A stretch of 64,000 bases of DNA from the human T2T-CHM13v2.0 reference genome, Homo sapiens, in assembly GCF_009914755.1 (NCBI RefSeq), contig NC_060927.1. One strand, 5' to 3'. A program made the position numbers and the translations under genes. Shown here in pieces: positions 47,191-64,000 of this stretch. Position 1 is the stretch's first letter; each line of letters starts with the position of its first letter. The notes under the pieces were generated by a model. The model worked only from the letters and a program-made list of their open reading frames with translations, was not told the DNA's origin and did not search any database.

Positions 47191-48983
47191 GTCCCAACAG
47201 TTAATATCTCAGAGAAGGAACTAAGGCAACTGTTTTTATATCCTAGATACTGTTCTTTCTCCTTTTTCAAAATGATAATATGTAGTGTGTGCCCATTTTC
47301 ACAGGATGTAACAGGGTGTCATGGGTTTATCAGTGATTCATGGATTTTGTGACTTTTTTGATGATTAATAAAGATTTAGGGCACAGTTTTCTCTAAGATT
47401 AATGTGGCCTATGTGAGACTAAACACAAAGAAGAAATGGGCTACACATAAGAAAGTGGGTGGTGGAGGAAGTAGGGTACTTGCTCTTGTCAAGGACATGT
47501 GGAACCTGACTTTATGGAAAAGGAAGCTTCCTCTACTTGTATATGAAACATTCTCTGTCAGCCACCTTTATTCTCATCCCTCACATCTCCACTTTTCTTG
47601 GGCTACTGCTCAAATGAAGTCATTCATAGCTCTTAAATGAAGGATCCTGGTCTGTCGTATGCACTGTGGCTGATTTGAGAAGGTGGGAAATAAGATTGAC
47701 CTTTCCACTTAACAGAGTTGTGAAGATAGTGATTGTCAAATGGTGTTTTGTGGAGGAGGCTGCCCTGAGCTACCATGAGATTAGGGAAGCAGACATAGCT
47801 GGAGATGATTGGGTGGTGGGAGGTGCAGGAGGCGGGATGGTGCTGGAGGGCAGGTGCAGAGAGAGATGGGACAGTCAGCAACTTCAGGTAGGGATATCTA
47901 CTTCACGTGTTTCCACTGGATCTGATGAGCCTACAGACTTGGAATTGTGTCTCCTCTGTAGGCTAGATGCTTTTTGTGGGGTTTTTTTTTTTTTACATGT
48001 CCCTGGCCAAAGTCTAGGTTTATGATGAAGCACTGGTATGCTGTGGTATAATACGAGTGTACAGTGTGATGATCCCAGCTTTCTCGCAGCTGTTCTCTCA
48101 TTGCTCTTTTCAAGAAAATACTTGTAATGCTCTTAAGATACCCTCACTGGTTATTAGAGAGCTTTCCACCTGCTCAAGGTCAGGAGTGGATGTGCCTGAT
48201 TTCACTCTCTGGCTATTGGCCAAATATTCCAGATGATCCAATGGAGAGATGGGAGCCTTTTCTGAGCACCTGCTGTGGAGCAGAATCTTAGCTGGTTTGA
48301 ACTGAAATAATTCCAGACATTTATGGGGCAGCTTTTACTTTTTGGTGCCTGCTGCACAACTCTGGTACATTTTCTTATTTATTTCTGCAACAAGCATTTC
48401 AGGATGCTGCTGATATCCCTTCTTTGCCAAAAAAAGAAACCAAGGTTTAGAAGACTGAGTGGCTCATAGCTGTGAAGAACAGAGCTGGAGCCCTCAGTCT
48501 CTCCCAACATCCATGTTGACTGAGCTACTCGCTGAACCTGAGGCTAGTGAGGTTCCTGTAGGCTTATCAGACAGCACTCATGTGGGATGAGTGGGGCATG
48601 GCGAGTGCTCCAACTGTCCAGGTTCTGGATTAAAATGGTCCCCTCCATTTATAACTGGTAACCACAAAGCGTATTGTTGTGTGTCATTAACATTTGGAGG
48701 GAATGTTTAAATTTGATTTTCTTTACTCATAAATCTGTGGTATCAAGGGCTCTGTTAGCCTTGACAGATTTTTTTTTTTATAACACCGTCAGGGGCAGCA
48801 AAATGATTCTGTCTGAAAGTACCTAATGGGAGAGTGATATTACCCATGACAAACTAAACGCAAAGTATACTTTTAAATTATCATGAACACTGTTAATATT
48901 GTTATACTCTAAGGTGGGTTTACCCTTTGGAGCCCAGCTCTTAAAAGCATTTGTAACATTGCTGTAAGAAGTATTCCATGAGG

Positions 48984-50060
48984 TATTGGGGGAACCCGCC
49001 CCCAATATTTCAATGTAGGTTCTTTCTATTTTCCCTAAGTGTCGGCTGGTCTGAGAAATAAAGAGAAAGAGTGCAAAGAGAGAAATTTTACAGCTGGGCC
49101 ACGGAGGGTGTCATCACATATTGGTAGGTCCACGATGCCTACCTGAGCTGCAAAACCAGCAAGTTTTATTAAGGATTTCAAAAGGGGAGGGGGTGTACGA
49201 ACAGGGAGTAGGTCACAAAGATCACATGCTTCAAAGGGCAAAAGGGAGAACAAAGATCACATGCTTCTGAGGAAACAGAGCAAGAACAAAGCAAAGATCA
49301 CAAGGCAAAGAGCAAAATTAGAATTACTGATGAGGGTCTATGTTCAGCTGTGCACGTATTGTCTTGATAAACACCCTAAACAACAGAAAACAGGATTCGA
49401 GAGCAGAGAACCAGTCTGACCTCAAATTTACCAGGGTGTGGTTTTTCCCCACCCTAGTAAACCTGACGGTAATGCAGGAGACCAGAGCGTATTTCAGTCC
49501 TTATCTCAGCCGCATAAGATAGACACTCCCAGAGTGGCCGTTTATAGACCTCCCCCCAGGAATGCAATTCTTTTCCTAGGGTCTTAATATTATATTCCTT
49601 GCTAGGAAAAGAATTTAGTGATATCTCTCCTACTTGCACGTCTGTTTGTAGGCTCTCTGCAAGAAGAAAAATATGGCTCTATTTTGTCCGACCCCGCAGG
49701 CAGTCAGACCGTATGGTTGTCTCCCTTGTTCCCTAAAATCGCTGTTATTCTGTTCTTTTTCAAGGTGCACTGATTTCATATTGTTCAAACACGTTTTACA
49801 ATCAGATTTCATGTTGTTCAAACACACATGTTTTACAATCAATTTGTACACTTAACCCAATCATCACAGGGTCCTGAGGTGACATACATCCTCAGCTTAC
49901 AAAGATAACAGGATTAAGAAATTAAAGTAAGACAGGCATAAGAAATTATAAGAGTATTATTAGAGAAGTGATAAATGTCCATGAAATCTTCACAATTTAT
50001 GTTTCCTCTGCCATGGCTCCAGCCAGTCCCTCCATTCAGGGTCCCCAACTTACTGCAACA
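48984..50060 (-). mobile_element. MER11 solo LTR (HERV-K11/HML-8)
   Basis: 1077 bp; reverse complement starts TGTTGCAGTAAGTTGGGGACCCTGAATGGAGGGACTGGCTGGAGCC; perfect 6-bp TSD ATGAGG at 48978-48983 and 50061-50066. Confidence 0.93.
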
Positions 50061-50074
50061 ATGAGGGATCTGCT

Positions 50075-51190
50075 TCCTCACTTCACATTCACTGTTCAGT
50101 CTGCAACAGTCTGGCTCCTGCCTAGCTTCCACCACTGAAATTGCCTTTCTCAGAGTTACTGCTGACCCCCATGCAGCCAAATCCAGTGGATATATCACTG
50201 TCCTCACAGCAAATAGCCATCCACTCTCCCCTTCTTGAAACATCCTCCTTGTTCCTCCTCAGTCCTTCTGTCTGGCTTCCCCTCTTCAGCCTTTTTCCCT
50301 GAGCTTAAATGTTTGGGGTTTTCTTGGCTTGTTCTTAGGCTCTCTTTTCCCCCTGGCTGCCCCATCCCTCTAGGGTGGCTCATCCATTCCCCTATGTGTA
50401 AAGACGTTTATGATGATGACTTCCAAGCTCACTTAGCTGGCCCAGCCCTTCCTCTGAGCTGCTAAAACCCACATCCAGGTGTCCTCTTGGCATTGCTCTT
50501 CAGATGCCTCACAGATTTCACTAAAACTTGCTCCTGCCCACCCTAGTCTTCTCTCTTTCCATGAACAGCTTCACTCCCCACGTAGTTACACAAGCCAGAA
50601 TCTGGTTTGCCCTCTCTCCTGGCCCTCAACAGGTGCAACAGAGATCAGCCCACTTCCCTGCACTCTCCAATGACTCCTGCCCAGCCCAAACCTCAGTCAC
50701 TCTCACCAAGATGACTGCAGTGCTCCCCATGCTTCACACATGCAAGGTCCTCTAAGAGTGGGCTTTACTGACAGTGGCTGATAGTTCCCTGCTCACATCC
50801 TCCATAACTTCCCCCTTGCACTTGTGCTCCTCCTGTCTCCCCCCAATACTAAGCTCTTTTTCTTTGCTACTTGTTCTGTCTGGGATGCTGTGTCTTCCAT
50901 TGGACTAGCTCCTTCTCATCTTCATGTTTTAACTGAAATGCCACTTCCCCAGAGAAGCCCTCTCTTGCCACCAATCTAAAGTAGGTCCTGATGTTATCTT
51001 CAGTCTGAGTATCCTACTTATTCTTATGAGAATACCTCATAATTTATAGTTACTTTGTTTTGTTTAATTATTTATCATCTGAATTCCTACCTTAATGCAC
51101 ATTTTATGAAGAGAGGGGCTATGTCTTTTTTTAAAAAAAATCCTTAGCACCTGTAATAATAGGTGCCTAATAAGTGTGAATTGAGAGAAT
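50075..51190 (+). mobile_element. L2 3' region
   Basis: CACCACTGAAATTGCC...GCCAAATCCAGTGG, AAATGCCACTTCCCCAGAGAAGCCCTC, terminal TAGGTGCCTAATAAGTG. Confidence 0.7.
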
Positions 51191-53074
51191 GATTGACATT
51201 CTAAGCAAAGCCCATGGCTATCAAGGGGTGGCAAGATGGGCAGGGTCAAGAGGACACCTGGATGGGGGTTTCTGCAGCTCAGAGGAGGGGCGGGACCAGC
51301 TAAGTGAGTTTGGAAGTCAATTTCACAAACATCTTCACTTACAGGAATGGATGAGTCACCCTAGGGGGTCAGGGCAGGAAGCGGGAAAAAGAGGGCCAAG
51401 CTCACAGCTATAGATCAAAATTACCCTCTCTTTGGTAACTGAGTTGAAGGATAGCAAACAAGTGATGTACATGCCATCACTTCCTGCTACGCCCATGGCA
51501 GACACTGCTACCTCATCATGACACCCAACTCCATTGAGCCTGTGTGTGTCCTCTCAACACGGAATGCTTTACCCTCTAACAACCTGTCAGAGCTGGCGTG
51601 GTGATAGACCAAGAGACCATGAAATGTTAATAGGCTTTTAAGATGCCTGTTGTAAGACCAGAAGGAGACTACACCAGATGTAAGAAGATACTGCTAAAGA
51701 TCAGACTAAGCATGTTCAACATCTTTAGGGAAATGCAAATAAAAGCCACAGTGAGCTAACACTTCACACCCCCTGTTACCCAGTGCTCAAGCAACAAATA
51801 AGTCTTGAGCATTATTGCCCAGACGCTATTGCAGAAACCTTCTTGACATATAGCCAAATATGTTCAAATGTTATAGATACTTGGATCACTGAATTTCTTT
51901 CTAATCCAATGGAAAGACTAGTATTTGCTTTTGTAGCTTTGCACATTTAAAACCTCTAGCAACCCTGTGAAGTAGAAATTATAAGTGCCACTCAGAAAAA
52001 CAGAGGCCCCAAAAGGTTGGGGAACTTTTTGGTAAGTGATGAGCCCAGCTATGAACACTAACTTCTGATGTTAAACCCATCACTCTTTCCCATGTAGCTG
52101 ACCATTTGAAGTCCTGGTCTTTCCCAAGATATTTCAAAGCAGGTAGCCTGTCTTGCATCATTCTTGGTTGATCTGTAATTAACCATTATAAGTCATACTA
52201 TACAATTCTGCCCAATGACTTCTTCCATGAGATACTACAGGGCAATATAATCTAATAAGTGAGAGATGGTCTGAAGAATGGCAACCCATTCCTCCACTGA
52301 GCCTGAAAAACACCTCATTTGCTTGGAATAAATGCTAGAGGGCTTGGTACAGTTATTACTAGATACCAGTGAGCTTTAAAATGCCATTGGAATTTGCAGT
52401 CCTGTGTATCAGCAAACAAAACTCATAAAGCTCAAGTTATCTTATGGATAGAGTTCACAGAGCTTTATGATCCCCAAATAATTTTCTTTTTGGATGTTTT
52501 ATCCTATTTAATTTAGTATCTCTGAGATATCGATATAAGCCAGTCAATTTGAGGCTGTTGTTATACTGTTGAGAGATGTCAGAGCTGTCAATGACTTAGC
52601 ACATCTTCTGCCTTTAATCTAAGGGACTGAATAACATCTTCCTTCCTTGGAAATATCACCTCTGTTCTGTCTCCCTGTTAACATTTTATTCAGCCAAGTG
52701 TATGTATATATTTTACCCCATAGAATTATTAGCTGGTCTGACATAGTTTTCACTTACAATTCTGGATTCAGCCTCCCTTTATTATACAATAATCAGGCAA
52801 CAAATAAGTACCGGGCACTTCTATGCAGAGCAGTGAGCCCTGCTCATGTGTTAGAAGATATGTAAGCCAGCTAAAGGTGCCCAAGAGCTAAAGCTGCAAA
52901 GATTCTGGATTGTCATGAACAGATGTTTATGATATATTGTTAAGTAAAAAAAGAAGTTGTAAAAACATACATAGATTTCTAAATCCAGTAGCAGGGTAAG
53001 ATGAGCTGGTGAGATGCTTTCTTTTACTAAAACCAAACAAAAATACTAATAAAATGTAGGGTTTAATATAAGAA

Positions 53075-54400
<1,326 letters not shown>

Positions 54401-54440
54401 AGTCTGGGGAGGGGAGTAAGAAAGGAAAATTCCTAGAGGG

Positions 54441-54771
54441 TGTATCAGTCTATTTGGCCGCTATAACAAAATATCATAGACTGGGTGGCTAATAAACAAA
54501 AGAAATGTATTTCTCACAGTTTTGGAGACTGGGAGGTCCAAGATAAAGATGTCAGCTGATTTGGTGTCTGTCCGCTTCCTGGTTCATAGATAATGTCTTC
54601 TCTCTGTGTCCTCACATCGTGGAAGGGCAAGGCGGCCCTGGAGTCCCATATATAATGGTACTAGTCCCATTCACGAGGATTTTACTCTTAACACCTAATC
54701 ACCTCCTAAAAACATCACACTGGGGGTTAGTTTTCAACCTAAGAATTTTCACAATCATTCAGACCACAGCA
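54441..54771 (-). mobile_element. MaLR solo LTR (MLT1A-like)
   Basis: TGTATCAGTC...GCTATAACAAAATATCATAGACTGGGTGGC...CATTCAGACCACAGCA. Confidence 0.85.
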
Positions 54772-55001
54772 GGGTAAAAGTGAAAGAAGGAATTTAAAAC
54801 CAGAGTGGTCTGTCTAATCCAGTGGGAAACAGGGCTCTAGGTTCTGATGGCTAGAGGCTGCAATGCTAATTTCTGAATGGGGCAGGAGATGTGGCCTTGA
54901 ACCTTTGCAAGACAAGGCAGCTGAAAATGAGATGCCTGCTTAGAGTTTGGTCTTGAAGGGCTGTACTCTTAGTGAAAGAGAACCCAGAAAAATTTTGCCT
55001 A

Positions 55002-58661
<3,660 letters not shown>

Positions 58662-58974
58662 AAGAAATCAAAACCGCAAAACCCCAAGCCTCCACCACAA
58701 CAAGGTATTGAAAACTAAAATTGTATAAGTCACGTAGTAATGGATTCCCCAAGATGAGAAACAGATGTGAAGCTGTTCTAGAATTGAGGACTTCTTGGTG
58801 ATGACTCATGAATGATTTGCACTGAAAAGGTGCACTTACATAAAAAGCAGTCTTGACTGGAGATTATCTTAATCAAAATGACAAACCATGAAAGCAAAGG
58901 ACCTACCTGGAACAAGAGTTAATAGATGCAACCAATAGACGGATTTGTGCCGCCTCTAAGAACTGAATATAAGA

Positions 58975-59290
58975 ATCAGGAAGGGGGCGTAAAAGAAGTA
59001 TATTTACAATTATTTTTAGAAAAAAGTATAGGAACCAAGGAATGAATGGCACCAAGGAGAAAAGGACAGGCAGACTTAAATGGAAACAAATCATTAGAAC
59101 TTCTGGAAATATAAAAATCAGTAAAATTTCTATTAAAATCCAGGAAGAGGTTATAAAAGAAGTATATTTAAAATAATTTTTAAAAGAAGGTATAGGAACC
59201 AAGAAATGAATGGCACATGAGTGGAACAGGCATATTTAAGTGGAAACAAATCATTAGAACTTCTGGAAATATGAAACTCAATACAATTTC
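58975..59290. repeat. Diverged ~164-bp tandem duplication
   Basis: TAAAAGAAGTATATTTA...GTATAGGAACCAAG...TGGAAACAAATCATTAGAACTTCTGGAAATAT from 58990 and 59154. Confidence 0.9.
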
Positions 59291-60554
59291 AAAAGGATTA
59301 AATAGTAGAGAAAATGCAGATGAACAAAGAATTATTAAAATGGAAACTAGAACTGAAGTACTTACCCAGAATGTATCTCAGAAATACAAAGAGATGAAAC
59401 AAAGAGATTAGGAGACATGGAAGAACAGAAAAGCTTTGAGATATAATTGGAATTCTAGGAGGAGAAAATAGAGCAGGAGACAACATTCAAAAATGTCTAG
59501 AGAATTCTTTAGAATTAATGAAGTTTTAAAAATGACGAAGAGATCCAAGCAAAATGAATGCAAACAAATCCACACTTAGTTACTTCATAGTGAAACTGAA
59601 GAACACTACAGAAAATTTAAAAATTCTTAAAACTAACCAGTGAGAGAAGTTAGAGTCTTCTACAAAGGAAGAATTACACTGACAGACTTCCCATTGCAAC
59701 AACTGATACCAAAAAAAAAAAAAAAAAAAAAAAACTTTATTCAAAATGAGCTGTCAACTTGGAATTCTGCAGCCTTCTAAACTGTCATTGAAATGTAAGG
59801 GTTAAATAGAGGCTGCTAGAATTTACCTTGATGAAAGAATTACCAGAAGAAGTGAAGCAATAAAGAAAATTAACAGAAGGAAAATCAGATGCAAGAAGCA
59901 ATAATGGGCAACAAAATTGTTAAATGTGTATAAATCTCTACAAAAATCAATTTAAAATAGCAAGAGTTCTGCTATTGATGATTGCTGAGTAAGCTTCTGT
60001 TGGACCAACACTCCTGCAAATAAAAAATACGCTTTCTGAAGGAAGTATATATTGCCTTAGAACACCCCATTTGCAACCAGATGCACGAGATGCTGGAGAA
60101 GCATTGATACTTAGATGAAGGAAATGACACTAGTTGAGTTTCCTATCTTTAGGACTTTCATTCTCAGGGCAGGCCCTAGTCTTCTTCATGTGGGGTGGCT
60201 AAAACCTCAATCAAACAATATTAAGCATAATTTTTGCAATTACAAACCAACATTAAATCAATAGCCATGTAGAACACCAGAGGAAATTAAAGTTTGTATT
60301 GTTGATGACGAGACATCTGTTAACTTTATACATTAGTCCAAATATGCATGTTAATATATTAAAGCTAACCACTAAAAGAAATGAAACATAAAATGCCTAA
60401 TCATAATGAAAAAACACAGAGAGCAAAGAAAACCAATCAATCTGATAGAAAGTAGGAAGAAACAGAAAAGGCATGGTAGATAGAAAATAAAACACAGCAT
60501 AGTAGAAAAAAGTCCAAATCTATTAGTAATTTCAATATAAATGTATGTCTTGCT

Positions 60555-60892
60555 CTCAGTGAATCTGCATTTTTGCATAAGATAAAATAATCATGGAGTA
60601 CAGAAAGCAGTCAGCTACACATTTGTCTCAGGTGAGCCAAGGGATGACTTTTAATTCTGTCCTTTGTCCCGTACCTGTGAAGATAAGATGTTAATTTACA
60701 CTGTCAGGGTAAAATTGAATGGAAGTAAAGGGACTTCCTTGTGAGCAAATTGCAAGGGAGATATATAGCCTTTTATCTTGTAGCTGTCTATTTAGGAATA
60801 GAGGGAGGCAGGTTTGCATGGCCTAGTTCCCAGCTTGTCTTTTCCCTTTGGCTTAGTGGGTTTGGGGTCTGGGGACTTTATGTTCCTTTTAC
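60555..60892 (-). mobile_element. MER4-group (ERV1) LTR, 5' portion
   Basis: Reverse complement starts TGTAAAAGGAACATAAAGTCCCCAGACCCC...CTAAGCCAAAGGGAAAAG...GCTGGGAACT. Confidence 0.8.
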
Positions 60893-61399
60893 AACACATA
60901 TTGCCCCAGATGGTCTCCCTCACAAATTTCTCACAAGGAAATTCCCTGTGAGCCACTAAATCTTTCAGGATACATATCCCCCTATAAACTAGTCCTAAAA
61001 CTGAGTTCTGTTGACTCTCATCTGACAATGTCAATTACCAGCTTATTGTCACAGGTATGGGACAATGACAAGACCAGAAATCATCCTCCTGCCTACCCTG
61101 AGATGGATGCAGAGCTGACTTTTCCCTCTGCACCCTCTTTTCACATGTGAAATGTAGATTTGTGAATGCTAATCAGAGCCTCACAAGAATGTAACCATTT
61201 ACATCATTGCCTACCCCCCTTCCTGTTTTCTCTCTGGCTCACACTTTCTCCTTTAAATACTGAAGTTCCCAAACCCTCTTTGGAAAAAGCTTAGGTCACA
61301 GATGCTCCCATGACTTGTGTTTTTCCTGGAAGTGTCCTCAACCTTGGCTAAATAAACCTCTATCCATTGAGACCTGCCTCAATCACTTTTTGGTTAGCA
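60893..61399 (+). mobile_element. MER4-group LTR lacking its 5' end
   Basis: CACAAGGAAATTCC, TCAGAGCCTCACAAGAATGTAACC, AATAAACCTCT...TTTTTGGTTAGCA. Confidence 0.8.
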
Positions 61400-63157
61400 T
61401 CTTGTTATCAGTCGGTAGAGAATAAACATTCTTTTCAAACACATATGGGGCTTTACACAAATTGGCTAACTATGAAGCTATAATGAAAGTCTCAATGAAT
61501 ACCAAGGAATTTATTTGAGACGCTCTGATCAAAATGTTAAAAAAAAAGTTAATAACAAAAGCCACATATTTGGAAATTTTTAAACCTGAGAATTATAAAA
61601 TATGTAAGAATAAATGACAATAAAAAAATTTCTTATTTAAAACCTGCAAGGTACAACAAAAATGATGTGTTGAGAGAGTTTTATAGCCTTAAATGCATAG
61701 ATTAGGAAAGAGTAAATGTTAAAAGTGAGTTTACTTTAAAAAATTTTACTTGTTAAAAATTAGAGAAAAGAATAAACTCAAACCAGTAGAAAGAAGAAAT
61801 AATAAAGATAAGACTGGACTTTATTGCAATGGAGGACTAATAAACCATGTAGACAACCGTCAACCTAACTAAAAGCTAGTTATTTTTAAAATTAATGAAA
61901 TAAGTAAACCTCTGAACTTACTGAACAAGGGACAAATAAACAATATTCTGAAAGAAAAGAGGGACATAATGACAGAGGTAGCAGAGATCTTATAATCATG
62001 AGAGAAATTTGTGAACCACTTTATATCAACACACTTGAAAACCTAAACAAAAATAGATCATTTTTTAGGTTTCATAATTAAAATAGTATAAATAATACTA
62101 TCCTTTTAATTTAAAAATATGGGGACAGGGGAAGGAGAGAGAGGGAACAAAGGGGCAGGGGAGAGAAAGAAAGGTAATTCTCATGGTCTTCCTTCTTGCT
62201 TACCTGTGTCCTGATTCATTTACTCCCATGCCTTGTGATTCAGACAAGGTGACTCCTACATATGCAGCCATTTTTTACCAGTTAGGTCGCAGCTTTGGAT
62301 AATTTTCCTCTAACCAGCCATGAAGGGCCCTGGAACAAGAGAAGAGAGGGGACATATGGGAATCTGGATAGGCAGAGATGGAACAGCAACATGTCCAGTG
62401 ACAGGGCCAATGAAGGAATCCCAAAGGTGGTGGCTGAGGGCTTTAACTGCAGCATGCCCACATGAAATGGTTTTCTGTTCGGCCTGGAGCTGGGTTCCTC
62501 TTCCATCACCTTCCACTACCCTTAAACCATTGGTAATAAACGTCCATCACCCACCACACCTTAGAGTCTGTTGCTTCAATGAACTGAAAAGAAGGGATTT
62601 GTCCATGCTTGAGGAAAGTTGGGGTGGAGAAAGTCTACCTAGTCACATAGACCATGCCTCAAACAATCTATTCAATAAAAGGTTAACATTAATGTTGAAA
62701 ACAATCTTCATCAGTGAATAAATACTTTATCATGCCTTAAAAAGTCTTGTCTAACTTTTAAAAAGTCAGAATAGGAGGAAGAGATAGCTTGCAAAGGAAT
62801 TGGAAAAGGGCTGAGAAAACAAGAGTAACACGAGGAAGGGAAGAGAATATTTCAAGAATGTAAGAATAATCAGGTAAGACAAGGCCTAGAAAGTCCCTTT
62901 GGATCTTGCAACATGAAGATCAGTGGGGGATCTCAAGCAGATATTTTGTTTTCTTTAAGAAAAAGAACAAAAGGCCCATTGGAGTAGATCCAGGAGTGAG
63001 TGGAAATAAAGAACATATATTGACCACCAGGGATGGTTCTTTCAGGAATTTTAACTAGAAGAGGTTACGACTATAAGAGAGTGGTAATTAGATGAGAATA
63101 TAGTGTTGAGGAAAGTTTGTACTTACTGTTTTCCCTTTTTTTTTTTAGGTAGAAACT

Positions 63158-63571
63158 ATATTAGTTTCCTGAGGCTGCTGTAACAAATTATCACAAATAG
63201 GTGGCTTAAAACAATAAGAATGTATTGTCTCCCTCTTCTGTAGGTCAGAAGTCTACAATCAAGGCGCTGGAAGGGCCACACTCCCTCCCAAGTCTCTTGG
63301 GGGAGAATCTGCCCATGCCTCCTTCCTAGCTTTTGGTGGCTGCTGGCAAACCTTGGTGTTACTTGGATTGTAGCCACAGCACTCCAATCTCTGCCTTTGT
63401 CTTCACATTGCCTTCTCTGTGTGTCTCTTAAAGGACAGTTGTCATTGGATTTAGAGCTCACTCATATAATGCAGGATAACTACATCTCAAAATTCTTAAT
63501 TTATAAGACCCCTTTTCCAAATAAGGTAATAGTTACAGATTCCAGTGATTTAGGGCATGGACATATCATTT
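63158..63571 (-). mobile_element. MaLR LTR (MLT1B/C-like), host of the L1HS insertion
   Basis: TATATTAGTTTCCTGAGGCTGCTGTAACAAATTATCACAAA...GACCCCTTTTCCAAATAAGG. Confidence 0.85.
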
Positions 63572-63583
63572 AAGAGAGCCAAC

Positions 63584-64000
63584 CTTCTTTTGAGAAGTGT
63601 CTGTTCATTTATGCAGCCAAAAAACACATGAAGAAATGCTCATCATCACTGGCCATCAGAGAAATGCAAATCAAAACCACTATGAGATATCATCTCACAC
63701 CAGTTAGAATGGCAATCATTAAAAAGTCAGGAAACAACAGGTGCTGGAGAGGATGCGGAGAAATAGGAACACTTTTACACTGTTGGTGGGACTGTAAACT
63801 AGTTCAACCATTGTGGAAGTCAGTGTGGCGATTCCTCAGGGATCTAGAACTAGAAATACCATTTGACCCAGCCATCCCATTACTGGGTATATACCCAAAT
63901 GAGTATAAATCATGCTGCTATAAAGACACATGCACACGTATGTTTATTGCGGCACTATTCACAATAGCAAAGACTTGGAACCAACCCAAATGTCCAACAA
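63584..64000 (+). mobile_element. L1HS Ta-1, 5'-truncated with 25-bp 5' inversion; runs off window end
   Basis: CpGs intact; CATGAAGAAATGC, ACCACTATGAGATATC, GGATGCGGAG, and CCCAAATGAGTAT (T63900, G63903). Confidence 0.9.

Larger units (their letters stand above)
58700..62070 (+). mobile_element. Ancient L1M (ORF1/ORF2) relics interrupted by MER4 LTRs
   Basis: A-rich degenerate ORF1 motifs (ATAATTGGAATTCTAGGAGGAG, CATAGTGAAACTG) and ORF2 motifs (TTATAGCCTTAAATGC); boundaries approximate. Confidence 0.65.

Noticed and set aside
36268-48025. 100-150 aa ORFs in non-L1 DNA (36268, 38829, 41832, 46915, 47666)
   Set aside because: No recognisable domains, several overlap LTR/L2 relics, no consistent exon structure; compatible with chance.

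Overview
Human-type genomic DNA: CpG-depleted, no CpG island, dominated by interspersed repeats. No recognisable host protein-coding exon, so the window is intergenic or deep intronic and I cannot name the locus. All long ORFs are LINE-1 ORF1/ORF2 remnants or Alu/LTR artefacts. It holds a dense stack of primate L1s: a full-length dead L1PA4-like copy (17464-23617) with a mini 3' transduction; twin-primed 5'-inverted copies at 7607-9474 (L1PA2-like) and 55086-58661 (L1PA3-like); an internally deleted older L1PA with a nested L1PA3 (10407-13848); and a human-specific L1HS Ta-1 with a 25-bp inversion running off the right edge (63584+). There are also Alus, a MER11 solo LTR, back-to-back MER4 LTR pieces, MaLR/MLT2 LTRs, L2/MIR relics and one strong CTCF motif. 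The most unusual signal is that five independently inserted L1s of different subfamilies share at least nine non-consensus, non-CpG substitution sites pairwise or three-way, and their divergence is rich in C<->G transversions. This suggests a local network of short-tract interlocus gene conversion among neighbouring L1s. Subfamily calls and 'consensus' states come from memory and in-window paralog comparison, not from a database search.
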